This document shows positions 7,032-17,242 of a stretch of DNA of 45,122 nt, piece after piece. Location of the stretch: positions 1 to 45,122 of IMG/VR virus record IMGVR_UViG_3300036846_001448. The stretch is one strand, 5' to 3'. The notes beneath the pieces were generated by a model. The model worked only from the letters and a program-made list of their open reading frames with translations, was not told the DNA's origin and did no database searches. The position numbers were made by a program, and so were the translations under genes. The stretch comes from a virus. How positions within the stretch are numbered: the stretch's first letter is position 1; each line of letters begins with the position of its first letter.

Positions 7032-9169
7032 TGCCGCCCATGCTGGTTCCGAGTATCGCTCCCGACCCCGGCCGTGCTCCGGATCTCCAGGGCACCCCCG
7101 TGGCGCCGATGTCGAATGCCGCTCCAGGGCAGATCTCGCAGATAGGCGAAGCCGTGTCGCGAGCCGGCTCGGCGGCGTTTCAAACCGGGCAGACGATGGG
7201 CGACAAGATCCAGGACACGATCGACGACGCCAACGTGCGCGCCGCGGAGACAGGCTTCCTCCAGAATGCCCAGGGCATCGTGACCGACTACACCCACCAG
7301 CTGGGCAAGAACGCAATGGACGCCTACGATCCGGCCACCCAGGCTCTCTCGAAAGCCAAGCAGGATGCCGCGGCCGGCCTCACCAATCCCATCCAGCAGA
7401 AGATGTTCAATTACGTTTCCAGCCAACATTTGATGATGTTCGGCCGGCAGATGGGGGACCACAATTTTCAGCAAACAGTTAATTACCGCGTCAAGGAGGG
7501 CAACGATTCGGCCGATGCTCAGGGGCAACTGGCAGCCCAGAACTATTCCGACTGGCAGCGTCCGGACGGGAATTACAACCAATACAAGACCAACACTATA
7601 AACGAAATCACCGCGGCCGCCCATCTGTCCGGAATCGGTCCGGGGGCTCAGCTCACGGCCGCCATTCAGCAAAAGACCTCCGGCATTGCGGACAGTGTTC
7701 TGCTCCAGATGACCGGCCAGGAACACTACGACGAAGCCAAAACGTTTTACGAAGCGGCCCTGGCCAATCATGAGCTCGACAAGCAGATGCAGGACAAGTG
7801 GGGCCCGGCGATCGAGCAAGGGCACAAGTCAGAGAAGGGCAAGAACCTGGGCGACAAGTGGGTACAGATAGCCATGGGAGCCTCGCCCGATCAGCAGAGG
7901 ACCCAGCCCATTCCTGGGGGCGCGATAACCGCAGTTCCGACTGTAGGAGAGCCTGGCCGGCAGGAGCCTGTCCAGGGCCCAATTACCGGTGTGATGGGAG
8001 ATCCGCGGGCCGGCCATGAGCACCATGGAATCGACACCGCTGTCCCTGTAGGAACTCCGGTGAAGGCGCCGGCGGATGGGACCGTGAGTCGGGTATGGGA
8101 CGACGGAAAAGCCGGGGGCGGGCTGTCGATGGAGGTGACTTACCCCAGCGGCTACAAAGAATATTTCATGCACCTTTCTGCACAGAATTATCAACAGGGG
8201 CAGAAGGTAACCCAGGGAGGCGTCCTGGGGCTGAGCGGACAGAGCGGGAACGCGACGGGCCCGGTTTTGCACGATGCGATGAAGGATCCCAAGGGACAGT
8301 GGGTCGACCCCCGCAACGTCTCCCCAGCCCCCAAGGACCCGCTGCAGTTCACCAATCCCAACTGGCTAGAAACCGCACTCCAGGGAGTGCGCCAGGATCC
8401 CGACTCCGACGATCGCGAAAAGGCGATCGCCGAGGCGCAGGTTTTGAAGCAGTACAACATCGCCAAAGATGTCGCGACCCAGAAGTACACCCAGGTGAGA
8501 AATACGGCCGTCGACTGGAAATACGCGCACGGCTCGCTCAATGGCCTAGATGCGAACGTCATGGCCAGTCTCAAACCTGAAGATCGATTCAATCTCTCCA
8601 AGCCTATCGAAGCCGACACCGATCCAGGGACCATGGCGGGGTTCATCCTCAACCCCGAAACCCTTACCGTGGACAACGTGAAGGCCGCCTACACTGGCGG
8701 CAAACTCTCGAACGGATCCTACCTGTCGCTCTTAACCGATGCCACTAAGTTGGCCAACAAGCCGGACAAGGTTTTGGCCGCCACCGTGGAGGCTGATCGC
8801 ATCAAGTTCTTTGCCGACCAGGCCGGCATTCCCCAGTTCAGCACTCAAACCGACGACCAGAAGCGCGAATACAACCAGCTCCTGGTCCGGATTCAGAGTG
8901 ATGTCAACACCGCCCAAATCAACAAGGGAGGTGAGCTTACCCAGGCGGAGAAGGATGCCATCACCCAGCGCAACCTGCAGCAGTACTCGATTAGCCACCT
9001 GCGCAGCGCCTGGAGCCCGTTGGCGTGGCTGGGGAATACGACTTACACCGACAAAGCTTATGGCTTCCAGATGCCTCCCGGGGCGACTGGAACGGTCACG
9101 AACAAGAAGGATGGCAAGCTGCACTATACCGACGGGAAAAATGATTTAGGGGCGGTGCCCGAACCATGA
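7031..9169 (+). CDS. Internal virion protein with an M23 (LytM-type) peptidoglycan endopeptidase domain (gp15-like position)
   Basis: 712 aa. The M23 signature is HEHHGIDTAVPVGTPVKAPADGTV...LSGQSGNATGPVLHD. The HxxxD motif is present, and the second HxH motif reads V-L-H. TAATG overlap with the upstream gene and ATGA overlap with the downstream gene. Confidence 0.8.
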   Translation: MPPMLVPSIAPDPGRAPDLQGTPVAPMSNAAPGQISQIGEAVSRAGSAAFQTGQTMGDKIQDTIDDANVRAAETGFLQNAQGIVTDYTHQLGKNAMDAYDPATQALSKAKQDAAAGLTNPIQQKMFNYVSSQHLMMFGRQMGDHNFQQTVNYRVKEGNDSADAQGQLAAQNYSDWQRPDGNYNQYKTNTINEITAAAHLSGIGPGAQLTAAIQQKTSGIADSVLLQMTGQEHYDEAKTFYEAALANHELDKQMQDKWGPAIEQGHKSEKGKNLGDKWVQIAMGASPDQQRTQPIPGGAITAVPTVGEPGRQEPVQGPITGVMGDPRAGHEHHGIDTAVPVGTPVKAPADGTVSRVWDDGKAGGGLSMEVTYPSGYKEYFMHLSAQNYQQGQKVTQGGVLGLSGQSGNATGPVLHDAMKDPKGQWVDPRNVSPAPKDPLQFTNPNWLETALQGVRQDPDSDDREKAIAEAQVLKQYNIAKDVATQKYTQVRNTAVDWKYAHGSLNGLDANVMASLKPEDRFNLSKPIEADTDPGTMAGFILNPETLTVDNVKAAYTGGKLSNGSYLSLLTDATKLANKPDKVLAATVEADRIKFFADQAGIPQFSTQTDDQKREYNQLLVRIQSDVNTAQINKGGELTQAEKDAITQRNLQQYSISHLRSAWSPLAWLGNTTYTDKAYGFQMPPGATGTVTNKKDGKLHYTDGKNDLGAVPEP

Positions 9170-12100
9170 GCCCAGACTCGAGCCCCGTGCCCCAGAGTTC
9201 CGACCTCGATTTCTCGACGTTCACGCCACTCCAGGAGACGCAGCAGAGCTCCGACCTGCGCCAGTCGCTCTCCTATGGGGTCACTCAAAATCCGGATGAG
9301 TACGCCAAGCTTCTCAAGCAGCAGCAGTCTACCGGAATGTCCCCGCAAGTTGCGCAGTCTGGCGCCGCCCAGACCCAGCAGGCGATCGATGTGGAATCCC
9401 TGCAGCCAGATCAGATGGGGATCACACATCCCCGCACCGCGGCCTGGACCGCGAATCCGGATAACGCTGCCGTGGCGGGAGCCGGCGAGTTGCACCGCCA
9501 GACGCGCATCGAACAGCACGCGGCTACCATTCGCGCCTATCAGCCGACCTGGAGAGATGCGGTCACCAATGCCGCTCAGTCCGCCTTCAATTTCATGGGC
9601 GGAAATGGCGACCTTAAAAATAAAGTCTTCTCCTATCCCGCCTTCCGTCTGGGCATCGAGGCTCTGGCCGGCACTGAAGAGACGCTGGGCAACGTCGGCT
9701 CATTCTTCGGATGGCACGGGGACAACGCCACTAGCCTGAACCAGCTGCAGATTGCGGCACGATCGCTCGAGCCCGGGCAATTTGGCGCCGAGGAGACCGG
9801 CCTCGACACTGTAGCCCGCCAGGCTGGTCCCATGATTCCCGCCATGCTGCTCACCGGGGGGACAGGATATCTGGCGCGCACGTTAGGGGTGAGCCCCCTG
9901 GCGGCCAAGGTTCTGGCCGGAATTACCGTGGGCGGCATGTTTACCTCCGACCAGGCCGGCAACACGTACTCGTCGCTCCGGGAATCTGGAGCCAGCGAGT
10001 ATCAGTCGCGCCTGGCGGCCAACCGGGTAGCGGCCCTGACCTCGCCGGCCAACATTCTGCTGGGCTTCCAGGAAATGGTTCCTTTCTTGCGCGACAACCC
10101 GTTTCTGGCATCTCTCGGATTGGGCGGAGTGCAGGGCGCATCTTCGCAAATTGCGCAGAACGTGGTCACCGGGCAGAAATGGTATCAGGGCACGGCCCAG
10201 GGCGCGGTGCAGGGCGCCGCAGCCCAGGCCGGCATGCATCTAGGGTTCGGATTCCTGGATTCGATGGGATCGATTATCGCGGAGTCCGAAGCTTCCCAAC
10301 TCAAGCAGCGCCACCTGGGAAAGTTTGAAGAGTCCCTGCAGTCAATCTTCTCTGGCGATCAAAGCCTGCGCGTTCCTGTGGAACAGTTCGACACCTACTT
10401 CCAGTCCCGGAATATGGATCCCGCGGTCGTCGCTTCCAACCTCGGCGTAGAGAACTACGGAGAAGCGAAGGCGATTGGAGAGGGCGCGGAAGTAGAGATC
10501 CCGCAGGCCAATTTCCATGCCCGCCTCGAGCCCGAGCACCAGCGCGGATTGATGCCGGATATCGTCGACCCCTCGATCGGCATGACCCACCGCCAGGCGG
10601 AAGCCGCCACCGAGGAGCTCAAGCAGTTTGCCGAATCAGGAGGCTTGGAAAGACTGGCGCAGGCCACCGCGGAAGTCGATGAGGAGACCAAGAAATCGGA
10701 CGAGTACAAGACGGTTCATGAGCAGATCCGGCAGCAGTACGTAGCCGCCGGAGAAACGCCGGCGGTAGCCGATGACCTGGCCACCCAACATGCCAATGTT
10801 TACTCCAACCTGGCGCGCGAATCGGGATTGAAGCCCAGCGAGCTGCTGAATCTTTACCCTCCGCGGATCGTCAGCGGAGAGGCTCCGGGCGCACCTCCTG
10901 GAGAGCCTATGGCGCCCGCTGCCGGGGAAGCAGAACCGCCGGTCGAGAAAGGAATGACGCGCCTCTATCACGGCTCGGCTTCGGGCGAGACCGAGGGTAA
11001 AGCATGGTTCACGACGGATCGTTCCTATGCCCGCGACTATCGCCCCGGCTCGCAGCTTCAATACGCCGACGTTCCCACCAGTGAACTGCAGAGTCGCCTG
11101 GGATGGGATGAGGAAACGCAAGGTCCATTTAAGGCTTCGACGCACAATCTCGAACTTAATTCCTCCGAGACGGGACCGCGAAAGGTCATGCCGGCGGCTG
11201 GAAGGGAGCCCCTCTACCAGTCCGCAACGATCAGGTCCGGCAAGGAAACCCTGGAGAAGTTCGGTCTCGATCCGGGCAAGAGCTACACCACCCGCGAGAT
11301 CGCCGCCGCCCTCGAAGCGCGCCAGCGCGAGAAATATGGAACCATCGACCCGACAGACCGCAGCCCCGAATCTTTAAAGAAAATCGCCAAGTGGATGCAG
11401 GCGGAAGTTGAATTCGAGATGCAGAACCCCGGCAAATCAGGGGTGGGCTGGTATAGCGAAAAATTCCAACGTGCCATCGACATCATGGGCGATACCTATC
11501 CGGAACTAAAGACTGACAAGAATGCCCGCGACTTGATGACGGCTCTCATCGCCATCACTTCTGATGGCCAGAAGGTCGTTCCCAACTTCATGCAGGCGAT
11601 GGATATCTATGGTCGCTTCCGCGAAGGCGGCGAGACGGAGGGCAAGTTTACCACCAGCCGCGGCCATCAGCGCATCGCCTCCATCCAAAACAACCTGGCA
11701 GTGCTTCAGCGCTTACACGACACGATGGGTCCGGAAGGTATGCATACATACCTGATGCAGGAGAAGACCATCTCCGAGCTGAAGCAGATCGCTAAAAAGA
11801 ACGGCCTAGAACTAAAGTCCGATTACCAGGCGCACATCAAGATGCCGATGTCTGCTGTGGAATTCGGACCGAAACTGGGAGCCTTCTACGCCAACCTGAT
11901 GGGCGCGCATGGCTACCTGACGATGGACCGCTGGTGGTCGCGCACCTTCAATCGTTATCGCGGAACGCTGCTGCAGGCCCCCACCGAGGCTGGCCTGGCG
12001 CGCTTCAAGGAATTGCTCGGCAAGCCAGATATGAGCAATGACGAGGCTATTGCGGCAACCGTATCTCACCGCAATTCCTATGCCGACAAGGGCTACAAGA

Positions 12101-15100
12101 ACGGCACCGAAATCGAGAAAGCCGCAAACACCATCTACAAGGCGGCATTCGAGAATTTGGAGGACGCTCCGTTCAATGCCAAGGACCGCACGTTCATGCT
12201 GGATGCGGTCAACAAAGCGCAGCAAGCCCTTCAGAAGAAAGGTTATAATCTATCAGTAGCCGACATTCAGGCAATTCTCTGGTACTACGAAAAGAGGCTG
12301 TATGGCGAACTCGGTGCACGGCAATCGGCAGACGTCAGTTACGAAGACGCCGCCCGCCGGGTCGTTGAAGCAGGACAGCGAGGGAAACAGCCTGTTTCTG
12401 GGGAGCCCGGAGAACCACCGGCGAATGGTGGAGCAGCTGCGAGCGGACTTCCTGTCGGCGAAGAAACCTTCCTCCAATCCGCTCCTGGTGGCGGCCCCGC
12501 CGGCGAGCCTGCCGGAGGAGCCCGAGGATGGTTCCGAATCCGCCCCGATGGATCTTACGAAATAGGCAAGACCTCCATCGGGGATCTCTCCACCTTCATC
12601 CACGAGCCCGCCCATTCCTACCTGGAATTGATTTCCCAATTGGTCAAGCGCCCCGAGGCCAGTGACGCGCTCAAGGCTGATTGGCAGAAGATCCAGGATT
12701 TCCTTGGCGCCAGGGAAGGCGAGCCGCTCACCCGCGAGCAGCATGAAAAATGGGCGCGCGCCAACGAGCAATACATGCGCCAGGGCAAGGCTCCCAGTCA
12801 GGATCTAAAGGGCGTCTTTCAGCGCTTCGCGGTCTGGCTCTCCTCCATCTATCACCGGGCCACCGACCTGGGCGTGGAGCTCAGCCCGGAGATTCATGGC
12901 GTCTTCGATCGCCTCTACGCCTCCGAGCAGGGCGTGAACCGGGTCGCCGATGAGGATGGCCCCAAACTCTTCAATTCTGCCGAGGAAGCTGGCTGGACAG
13001 AAGCCGATTTCAAAGCCTACGCCCAGCAACATGGACGCTCCATTGAGACCGCCAAGGCAGAGATCCTGGCCCGGCTGAATGAAGCCGCGGCCCGCGAACA
13101 AGCTTCGGACCGCAAAGCAGAAGCCTCCAACGTGCGCGCCGCCAGCACGGAAAGAATCGATGCCATGCCGCAGTACCGCGCCATCAAAGCCCTGCGCAAA
13201 GGCGCGATGGAAGACGGGACCGAAGTCTCCATCTCTCGCGACCAGCTGGTCAGCCTGATCGGTGAAGACCGGGTCAAGGCTCTGCAGAAGCAGCATCCCG
13301 GACTCTACCGCAACGAAGGCGGCCTGGATCTCGAGACCGCGTCGGAGATGATGGGATTCCCGGACGCCAACACCATGATCTCTTCGATGGAGAATTCTCC
13401 ACGCCGCGGCGATGCGATCGAGCAAGCGACCCGCCAATACATGACCGCCAAGCATGGCGACGTTCGCTACGACGGCACTCTCCCCGACGCGGTACGACTA
13501 GCGGTCGAGAACGATGTGCGCGCGTCGTCGATTCACAAAGAACTGGCTGCCCTGCAGAAACGGGCAGCGGAAACCGAGTCCCTGCGCGGCAAAGTCGCGG
13601 AGCTGAAAGCGCAAGAGAAGGAACGACGCGCCGCCCTACGTGCTATCCAAGTGGCGCCCATTGCCGCTTACCGCCAGGCGGCCAAGCAGGCCATTGATGG
13701 CAAGGCGGTGGCCGACATCGAGCCTACGCGTTACCTCGATCAGAGCCGCAAGTTTTCGCGCGAAGCTTTCGACGCCCTACGCAGAGGCGATGTCCAGGCC
13801 GCGGCCGCGGCCAAGCACAAAGAGCTGATGAACCACTTCCTGTTCCGGGAGGCGGCCGAAGCCAAAGAGTTCATCGGCAAATTTGAAGCCTACACCCAGC
13901 AGGCGGGACAGAAAGGGATCCAGACTCGCCTGGGAAGGGCCGGGGGAGATTTTCGCGATCAGTTCAACCGCCTGATGGCGCGCTATGGACTGGGCGCCAA
14001 GCCCAACCAGCCTACCCCGCGGCCGCTCGCCCAGTGGGCCCAGGAGCAGTACCTCAATGGGGAAGAGCCGGCCGTCAACGCCAGCTTGTTTGACGAGATG
14101 CGGGTGATCAACTATCGCGACGCTTCGGTGGCCGAGGCACGAGCGGTTTACGATGCGCTGCGCAATATCCAGAAGCTAGCTTCCCGGCAACTGGAGACCA
14201 TCGTCCACGGCAAGAAGATTGTGTTTGCGACCGCGGTCCAGGAGATGTCGGACAGGGCGCGATCCGTTAATCGCCAAAGGCCGGAGCGGGTGCTGGAACG
14301 CAATCGAACTTTTAGCGAGGGCGCCCTTAATCTGGCGAAGCGCGGCGACGCCTTGCTGCTAAAGGTCGAACGCATGATCGAAAGGCTTGATGGAGGCAAG
14401 ACCGGTCCCTGGCACGACAATCTCTGGCACCTGGCCGCGGATTCCCAGGGCCGGGAGTATGCGCTCCAGGAAGAGGTGACCAAGGCTCTCGGAGACCAGT
14501 TCGCGAAAATGCCGGCCGAGTTGCGCGCGCGTATGTTCGACAAGGTGACGGTGCCCGGAGTCGACGAGACTGTGACTCGCCACGATCTCGTCTCCTGGGC
14601 TCTGAATATTGGCAACGAGGGCAACCTCGATCGCCTGCAAAAAACCTTCCTGGCCCACGGTTGGGATGTATCCGCGATCGAGTCGGGCGTATCCCAGTTA
14701 AGCCGGCAGGAGTGGGATCTGGTTCAGAATGCCTGGAACACGCTTGAGATCCTGCGCCCTCATATGGTCGAACTCGAAAGGCGAATGACCGGTCTTCCTC
14801 CGGTGCTGGTGGAATCAAAGCCCTTCACGAGAACTCTCCCCGATGGGGAAACCGTGCACCTTGAAGGGGGCTACTACCCCATCGCCTACGATCCGCGCTA
14901 CTCCGCGGCCGGGGTTACGGCTGATGCCTCGAAGACTGCTCAGAATCAGATGGAAGCCGGCTATGTAAGGGCGGCCACTTCGCGCGGATACACCAATGAG
15001 CGCACCGGGTCGGCGGGCCCCCTTCTGCTCGACTTCGAGAGGGTCCTCAGTTCGCATACGGCCAAGATGGTGAAAGACCTCACTCATCGCGAGTTCATGC

Positions 15101-16281
15101 TGGCGGCCAACAGGCTCCTTCTTCATCCCGACGTCCGCTCCGCCATTCGCGAGACTCTGGGGCCGGCCTATGAAGAACAGTTCATGCCTTGGTTACGGAC
15201 CATCATCAACGATCGCAACGGGTCCAACGCTCAGGGACTGAGCGATTTCTCCAAGATGGTCCGCACCCTGCGCTCCAACCTGGTAACCGGCACGTTGAGT
15301 TACAAGTTGTCGACGACCCTCCTGCAGTTGACCCACGCTCCGCGCATGTTGCTCTATACGAAGCCCGGAGCCTGGATGCAGGCCATGATCGACTTTGCCG
15401 CCCATCCCGCGGAGATGACCCAGCAGATCAGAGACCTTTCCCCCAACGAGATGCGCTTTCGCGGCGACTCGATCGATCGCGACATCCGCGAGATGATGCG
15501 CGACATGACCGGGCAGACGGGGTTTCGCAAGACGGTCTTGAAGGCCGGCTCGAAGACCTTGGAGTGGACCGACCATGCGCTGAGCTTTCCTCTCTGGCTC
15601 TCGGTCTATCGCGAGGGACTCAAGGAAAATGTCGACCTACCTGAGGAAAAGGCTAAGTATCTGGCCATGCAAAAAGCCGACTCTGCCATTCGCCTGGGAT
15701 TGGGATCCTCGGCACCCAAAGACATGGCGGCCATCCTCAGAGGAAATGATCTGGCTAAAGTGCTGACCATGTTCTACGGCTTCCACAATGGGATCTACGG
15801 GCAGATCAGCGACATGGTTCGTAACACCCGTTCGGTGCGCGATGTCCCCAAGCTGACCTACGGACTGGCCATGGCGGTTCTGGTTCCCGCGGTCCTATCC
15901 CACCTGGTGACCGGGGACGGTCCCAAGGATGATGAGAACCCGGGACTGTGGGCGGCCCAGCGAGCTCTGTTCTTCGGGCTCGACACCCTTCCTGGAGTGC
16001 GAGATTTGGCCACTGCCATGGAGCGCAAGTCGGATGTCAAGGTGTCTCCCCTGGCCGACCTGATGGAGCACACGGGGAAACTCCTGCTGGAGGCGAGAAA
16101 AGAACACAAGGACTGGGCCGGCATGGGCCTGGACGCTCTCCAGGTAGCCGGCGGGTGGGTTGGGGTTCCAGGCACCACTCAGATTCTCAAGCCGCTGCGC
16201 TACTGGCGCCAGGTCGAAAAGGGCAAGATCTCTCACCCAAATCTCTGGGATGCCTTCGTGGGCAGTGCGCCCCGAAAATAG
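9166..16281 (+). CDS. Giant internal virion / DNA-ejection protein (gp16-like position) with polyvalent-protein architecture
   Basis: 2371-aa uninterrupted ORF. A hydrophobic Gly-rich segment lies near aa 230-360. Pro/Gly/Glu linkers separate the modules. Motifs include TRLYHGSASGETEGKAWFTTDRSYARDY (nt ~10954-11040) and the HExxH motif FIHEPAHSYLE (His codon at 12601). The C-terminal third is long and helical. Confidence 0.75.
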   Translation: MSPDSSPVPQSSDLDFSTFTPLQETQQSSDLRQSLSYGVTQNPDEYAKLLKQQQSTGMSPQVAQSGAAQTQQAIDVESLQPDQMGITHPRTAAWTANPDNAAVAGAGELHRQTRIEQHAATIRAYQPTWRDAVTNAAQSAFNFMGGNGDLKNKVFSYPAFRLGIEALAGTEETLGNVGSFFGWHGDNATSLNQLQIAARSLEPGQFGAEETGLDTVARQAGPMIPAMLLTGGTGYLARTLGVSPLAAKVLAGITVGGMFTSDQAGNTYSSLRESGASEYQSRLAANRVAALTSPANILLGFQEMVPFLRDNPFLASLGLGGVQGASSQIAQNVVTGQKWYQGTAQGAVQGAAAQAGMHLGFGFLDSMGSIIAESEASQLKQRHLGKFEESLQSIFSGDQSLRVPVEQFDTYFQSRNMDPAVVASNLGVENYGEAKAIGEGAEVEIPQANFHARLEPEHQRGLMPDIVDPSIGMTHRQAEAATEELKQFAESGGLERLAQATAEVDEETKKSDEYKTVHEQIRQQYVAAGETPAVADDLATQHANVYSNLARESGLKPSELLNLYPPRIVSGEAPGAPPGEPMAPAAGEAEPPVEKGMTRLYHGSASGETEGKAWFTTDRSYARDYRPGSQLQYADVPTSELQSRLGWDEETQGPFKASTHNLELNSSETGPRKVMPAAGREPLYQSATIRSGKETLEKFGLDPGKSYTTREIAAALEARQREKYGTIDPTDRSPESLKKIAKWMQAEVEFEMQNPGKSGVGWYSEKFQRAIDIMGDTYPELKTDKNARDLMTALIAITSDGQKVVPNFMQAMDIYGRFREGGETEGKFTTSRGHQRIASIQNNLAVLQRLHDTMGPEGMHTYLMQEKTISELKQIAKKNGLELKSDYQAHIKMPMSAVEFGPKLGAFYANLMGAHGYLTMDRWWSRTFNRYRGTLLQAPTEAGLARFKELLGKPDMSNDEAIAATVSHRNSYADKGYKNGTEIEKAANTIYKAAFENLEDAPFNAKDRTFMLDAVNKAQQALQKKGYNLSVADIQAILWYYEKRLYGELGARQSADVSYEDAARRVVEAGQRGKQPVSGEPGEPPANGGAAASGLPVGEETFLQSAPGGGPAGEPAGGARGWFRIRPDGSYEIGKTSIGDLSTFIHEPAHSYLELISQLVKRPEASDALKADWQKIQDFLGAREGEPLTREQHEKWARANEQYMRQGKAPSQDLKGVFQRFAVWLSSIYHRATDLGVELSPEIHGVFDRLYASEQGVNRVADEDGPKLFNSAEEAGWTEADFKAYAQQHGRSIETAKAEILARLNEAAAREQASDRKAEASNVRAASTERIDAMPQYRAIKALRKGAMEDGTEVSISRDQLVSLIGEDRVKALQKQHPGLYRNEGGLDLETASEMMGFPDANTMISSMENSPRRGDAIEQATRQYMTAKHGDVRYDGTLPDAVRLAVENDVRASSIHKELAALQKRAAETESLRGKVAELKAQEKERRAALRAIQVAPIAAYRQAAKQAIDGKAVADIEPTRYLDQSRKFSREAFDALRRGDVQAAAAAKHKELMNHFLFREAAEAKEFIGKFEAYTQQAGQKGIQTRLGRAGGDFRDQFNRLMARYGLGAKPNQPTPRPLAQWAQEQYLNGEEPAVNASLFDEMRVINYRDASVAEARAVYDALRNIQKLASRQLETIVHGKKIVFATAVQEMSDRARSVNRQRPERVLERNRTFSEGALNLAKRGDALLLKVERMIERLDGGKTGPWHDNLWHLAADSQGREYALQEEVTKALGDQFAKMPAELRARMFDKVTVPGVDETVTRHDLVSWALNIGNEGNLDRLQKTFLAHGWDVSAIESGVSQLSRQEWDLVQNAWNTLEILRPHMVELERRMTGLPPVLVESKPFTRTLPDGETVHLEGGYYPIAYDPRYSAAGVTADASKTAQNQMEAGYVRAATSRGYTNERTGSAGPLLLDFERVLSSHTAKMVKDLTHREFMLAANRLLLHPDVRSAIRETLGPAYEEQFMPWLRTIINDRNGSNAQGLSDFSKMVRTLRSNLVTGTLSYKLSTTLLQLTHAPRMLLYTKPGAWMQAMIDFAAHPAEMTQQIRDLSPNEMRFRGDSIDRDIREMMRDMTGQTGFRKTVLKAGSKTLEWTDHALSFPLWLSVYREGLKENVDLPEEKAKYLAMQKADSAIRLGLGSSAPKDMAAILRGNDLAKVLTMFYGFHNGIYGQISDMVRNTRSVRDVPKLTYGLAMAVLVPAVLSHLVTGDGPKDDENPGLWAAQRALFFGLDTLPGVRDLATAMERKSDVKVSPLADLMEHTGKLLLEARKEHKDWAGMGLDALQVAGGWVGVPGTTQILKPLRYWRQVEKGKISHPNLWDAFVGSAPRK

Positions 16282-16296
16282 CCAAGGAGTATAGCC

Positions 16297-16470
16297 ATGT
16301 CTCCATTCTCTAAGAAACAAGTCGCCTGGGCCCATACGCCGGCCGGCGAAAAAGCGCTGGGCTCCGCCACCGTGAACAAGTGGGATAAGGAAGTGAAAGG
16401 GAAGAAGCTTCCAGAGCGCTCCAAGGGTGCCCACGAGAGCGATTTGAAGAAGAAGAAAAAGAAGAGCTGA
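16297..16470 (+). CDS. Small basic protein (57 aa), below the ORF-track length cut-off
   Basis: ATG at 16297 with SD AAGGAG at 16284-16289. Product is MSPFSKKQVAWAHTPAGEKALGSATVNKWDKEVKGKKLPERSKGAHESDLKKKKKKS. TGA at 16468-16470. Confidence 0.55.
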   Translation: MSPFSKKQVAWAHTPAGEKALGSATVNKWDKEVKGKKLPERSKGAHESDLKKKKKKS

Positions 16471-16480
16471 TGCCCGTAAA
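16467..16480 (+). promoter_or_regulatory. Conserved intergenic motif, copy 1 (CTGATGCCCGTAAA)
   Basis: CTGATGCCCGTAA is identical to 40229-40241 and 44014-44026. It lies 27 nt upstream of the 16508 start. Confidence 0.4.
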
Positions 16481-16507
16481 ACCCTAAACGAGCGTTACCG
16501 TGGGCGC

Positions 16508-17242
16508 ATGACTGTCAGCTCCACGGTGCGAAAAGCAGGGCCGTTCACCGGCAATGGGTCGACGTCCACATTTCCCTTCAGCTTCAAAGCCTTCACCGAC
16601 CAGGATCTGGAGGTGGTCTGGCTGCCGGCGGCCACGGGAATAGAACACACCCTGGTGCTCGATTCCGATTACAGTGTGGCCCTGAACACTGACCAGGATT
16701 CCAGCCCGGGCGGATCAATTACCTTACTGGCCGGCCCTCTGGCCAGCGGCGATACGCTGGTCATCACCACCGACATTCCCGAATTGCAGCAGGCCGACAT
16801 CACCAACGGGGGAGGGTTCTACCCCGAGGTGATCACCGACGCTCTCGACTACGTGACCATCCTGGTGCAGCAGCTGGTGATCCTGGCCGAGTCCTCGCTG
16901 CGCTTCCCTCTGAGCGACGATCCGGGTTCGACCGAACTGCCGGCCGCCTCACAAAGAGCCAACAAGGTGCTGGGGTTTGGCCCGGATGGGTCCGTTTCAA
17001 TGTTTGCCGGAGGATTTTCCACGATGTTATCGCGCGCCAATGGGGGGCTCTCAGGCTCGCTCGACGGCACCAATCGCACGTTCAGTATGCCCTATGTGCC
17101 GTTCTTTCCCCAGGTATCGCTGCTTTGCCTTTCCGGGTCCATCCTCCCCCATGAGCTCTACACCATCAACGGAAACACGGTGACAATCAACACTCCAGTC
17201 CCCCCGCAAAGAGGAGACACCATTGAACTCTATTGCTCATAA
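16508..17242 (+). CDS. Tail fiber / fiber-adaptor protein with a T7 gp17 N-terminal-like domain
   Basis: 244 aa. AGPFTGNGSTSTFPFSFKAFTDQDLEVVWL...DSDYSV...GSITLL...GDTLVITTDIPELQQADITNGGGFYPEVITDALDYVTILVQQL follows the Y.GdG....F.f.F..........dY......G.i.......G..l.i.R pattern of podoviral fiber N-termini that dock on the tail. Confidence 0.7.
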   Translation: MTVSSTVRKAGPFTGNGSTSTFPFSFKAFTDQDLEVVWLPAATGIEHTLVLDSDYSVALNTDQDSSPGGSITLLAGPLASGDTLVITTDIPELQQADITNGGGFYPEVITDALDYVTILVQQLVILAESSLRFPLSDDPGSTELPAASQRANKVLGFGPDGSVSMFAGGFSTMLSRANGGLSGSLDGTNRTFSMPYVPFFPQVSLLCLSGSILPHELYTINGNTVTINTPVPPQRGDTIELYCS

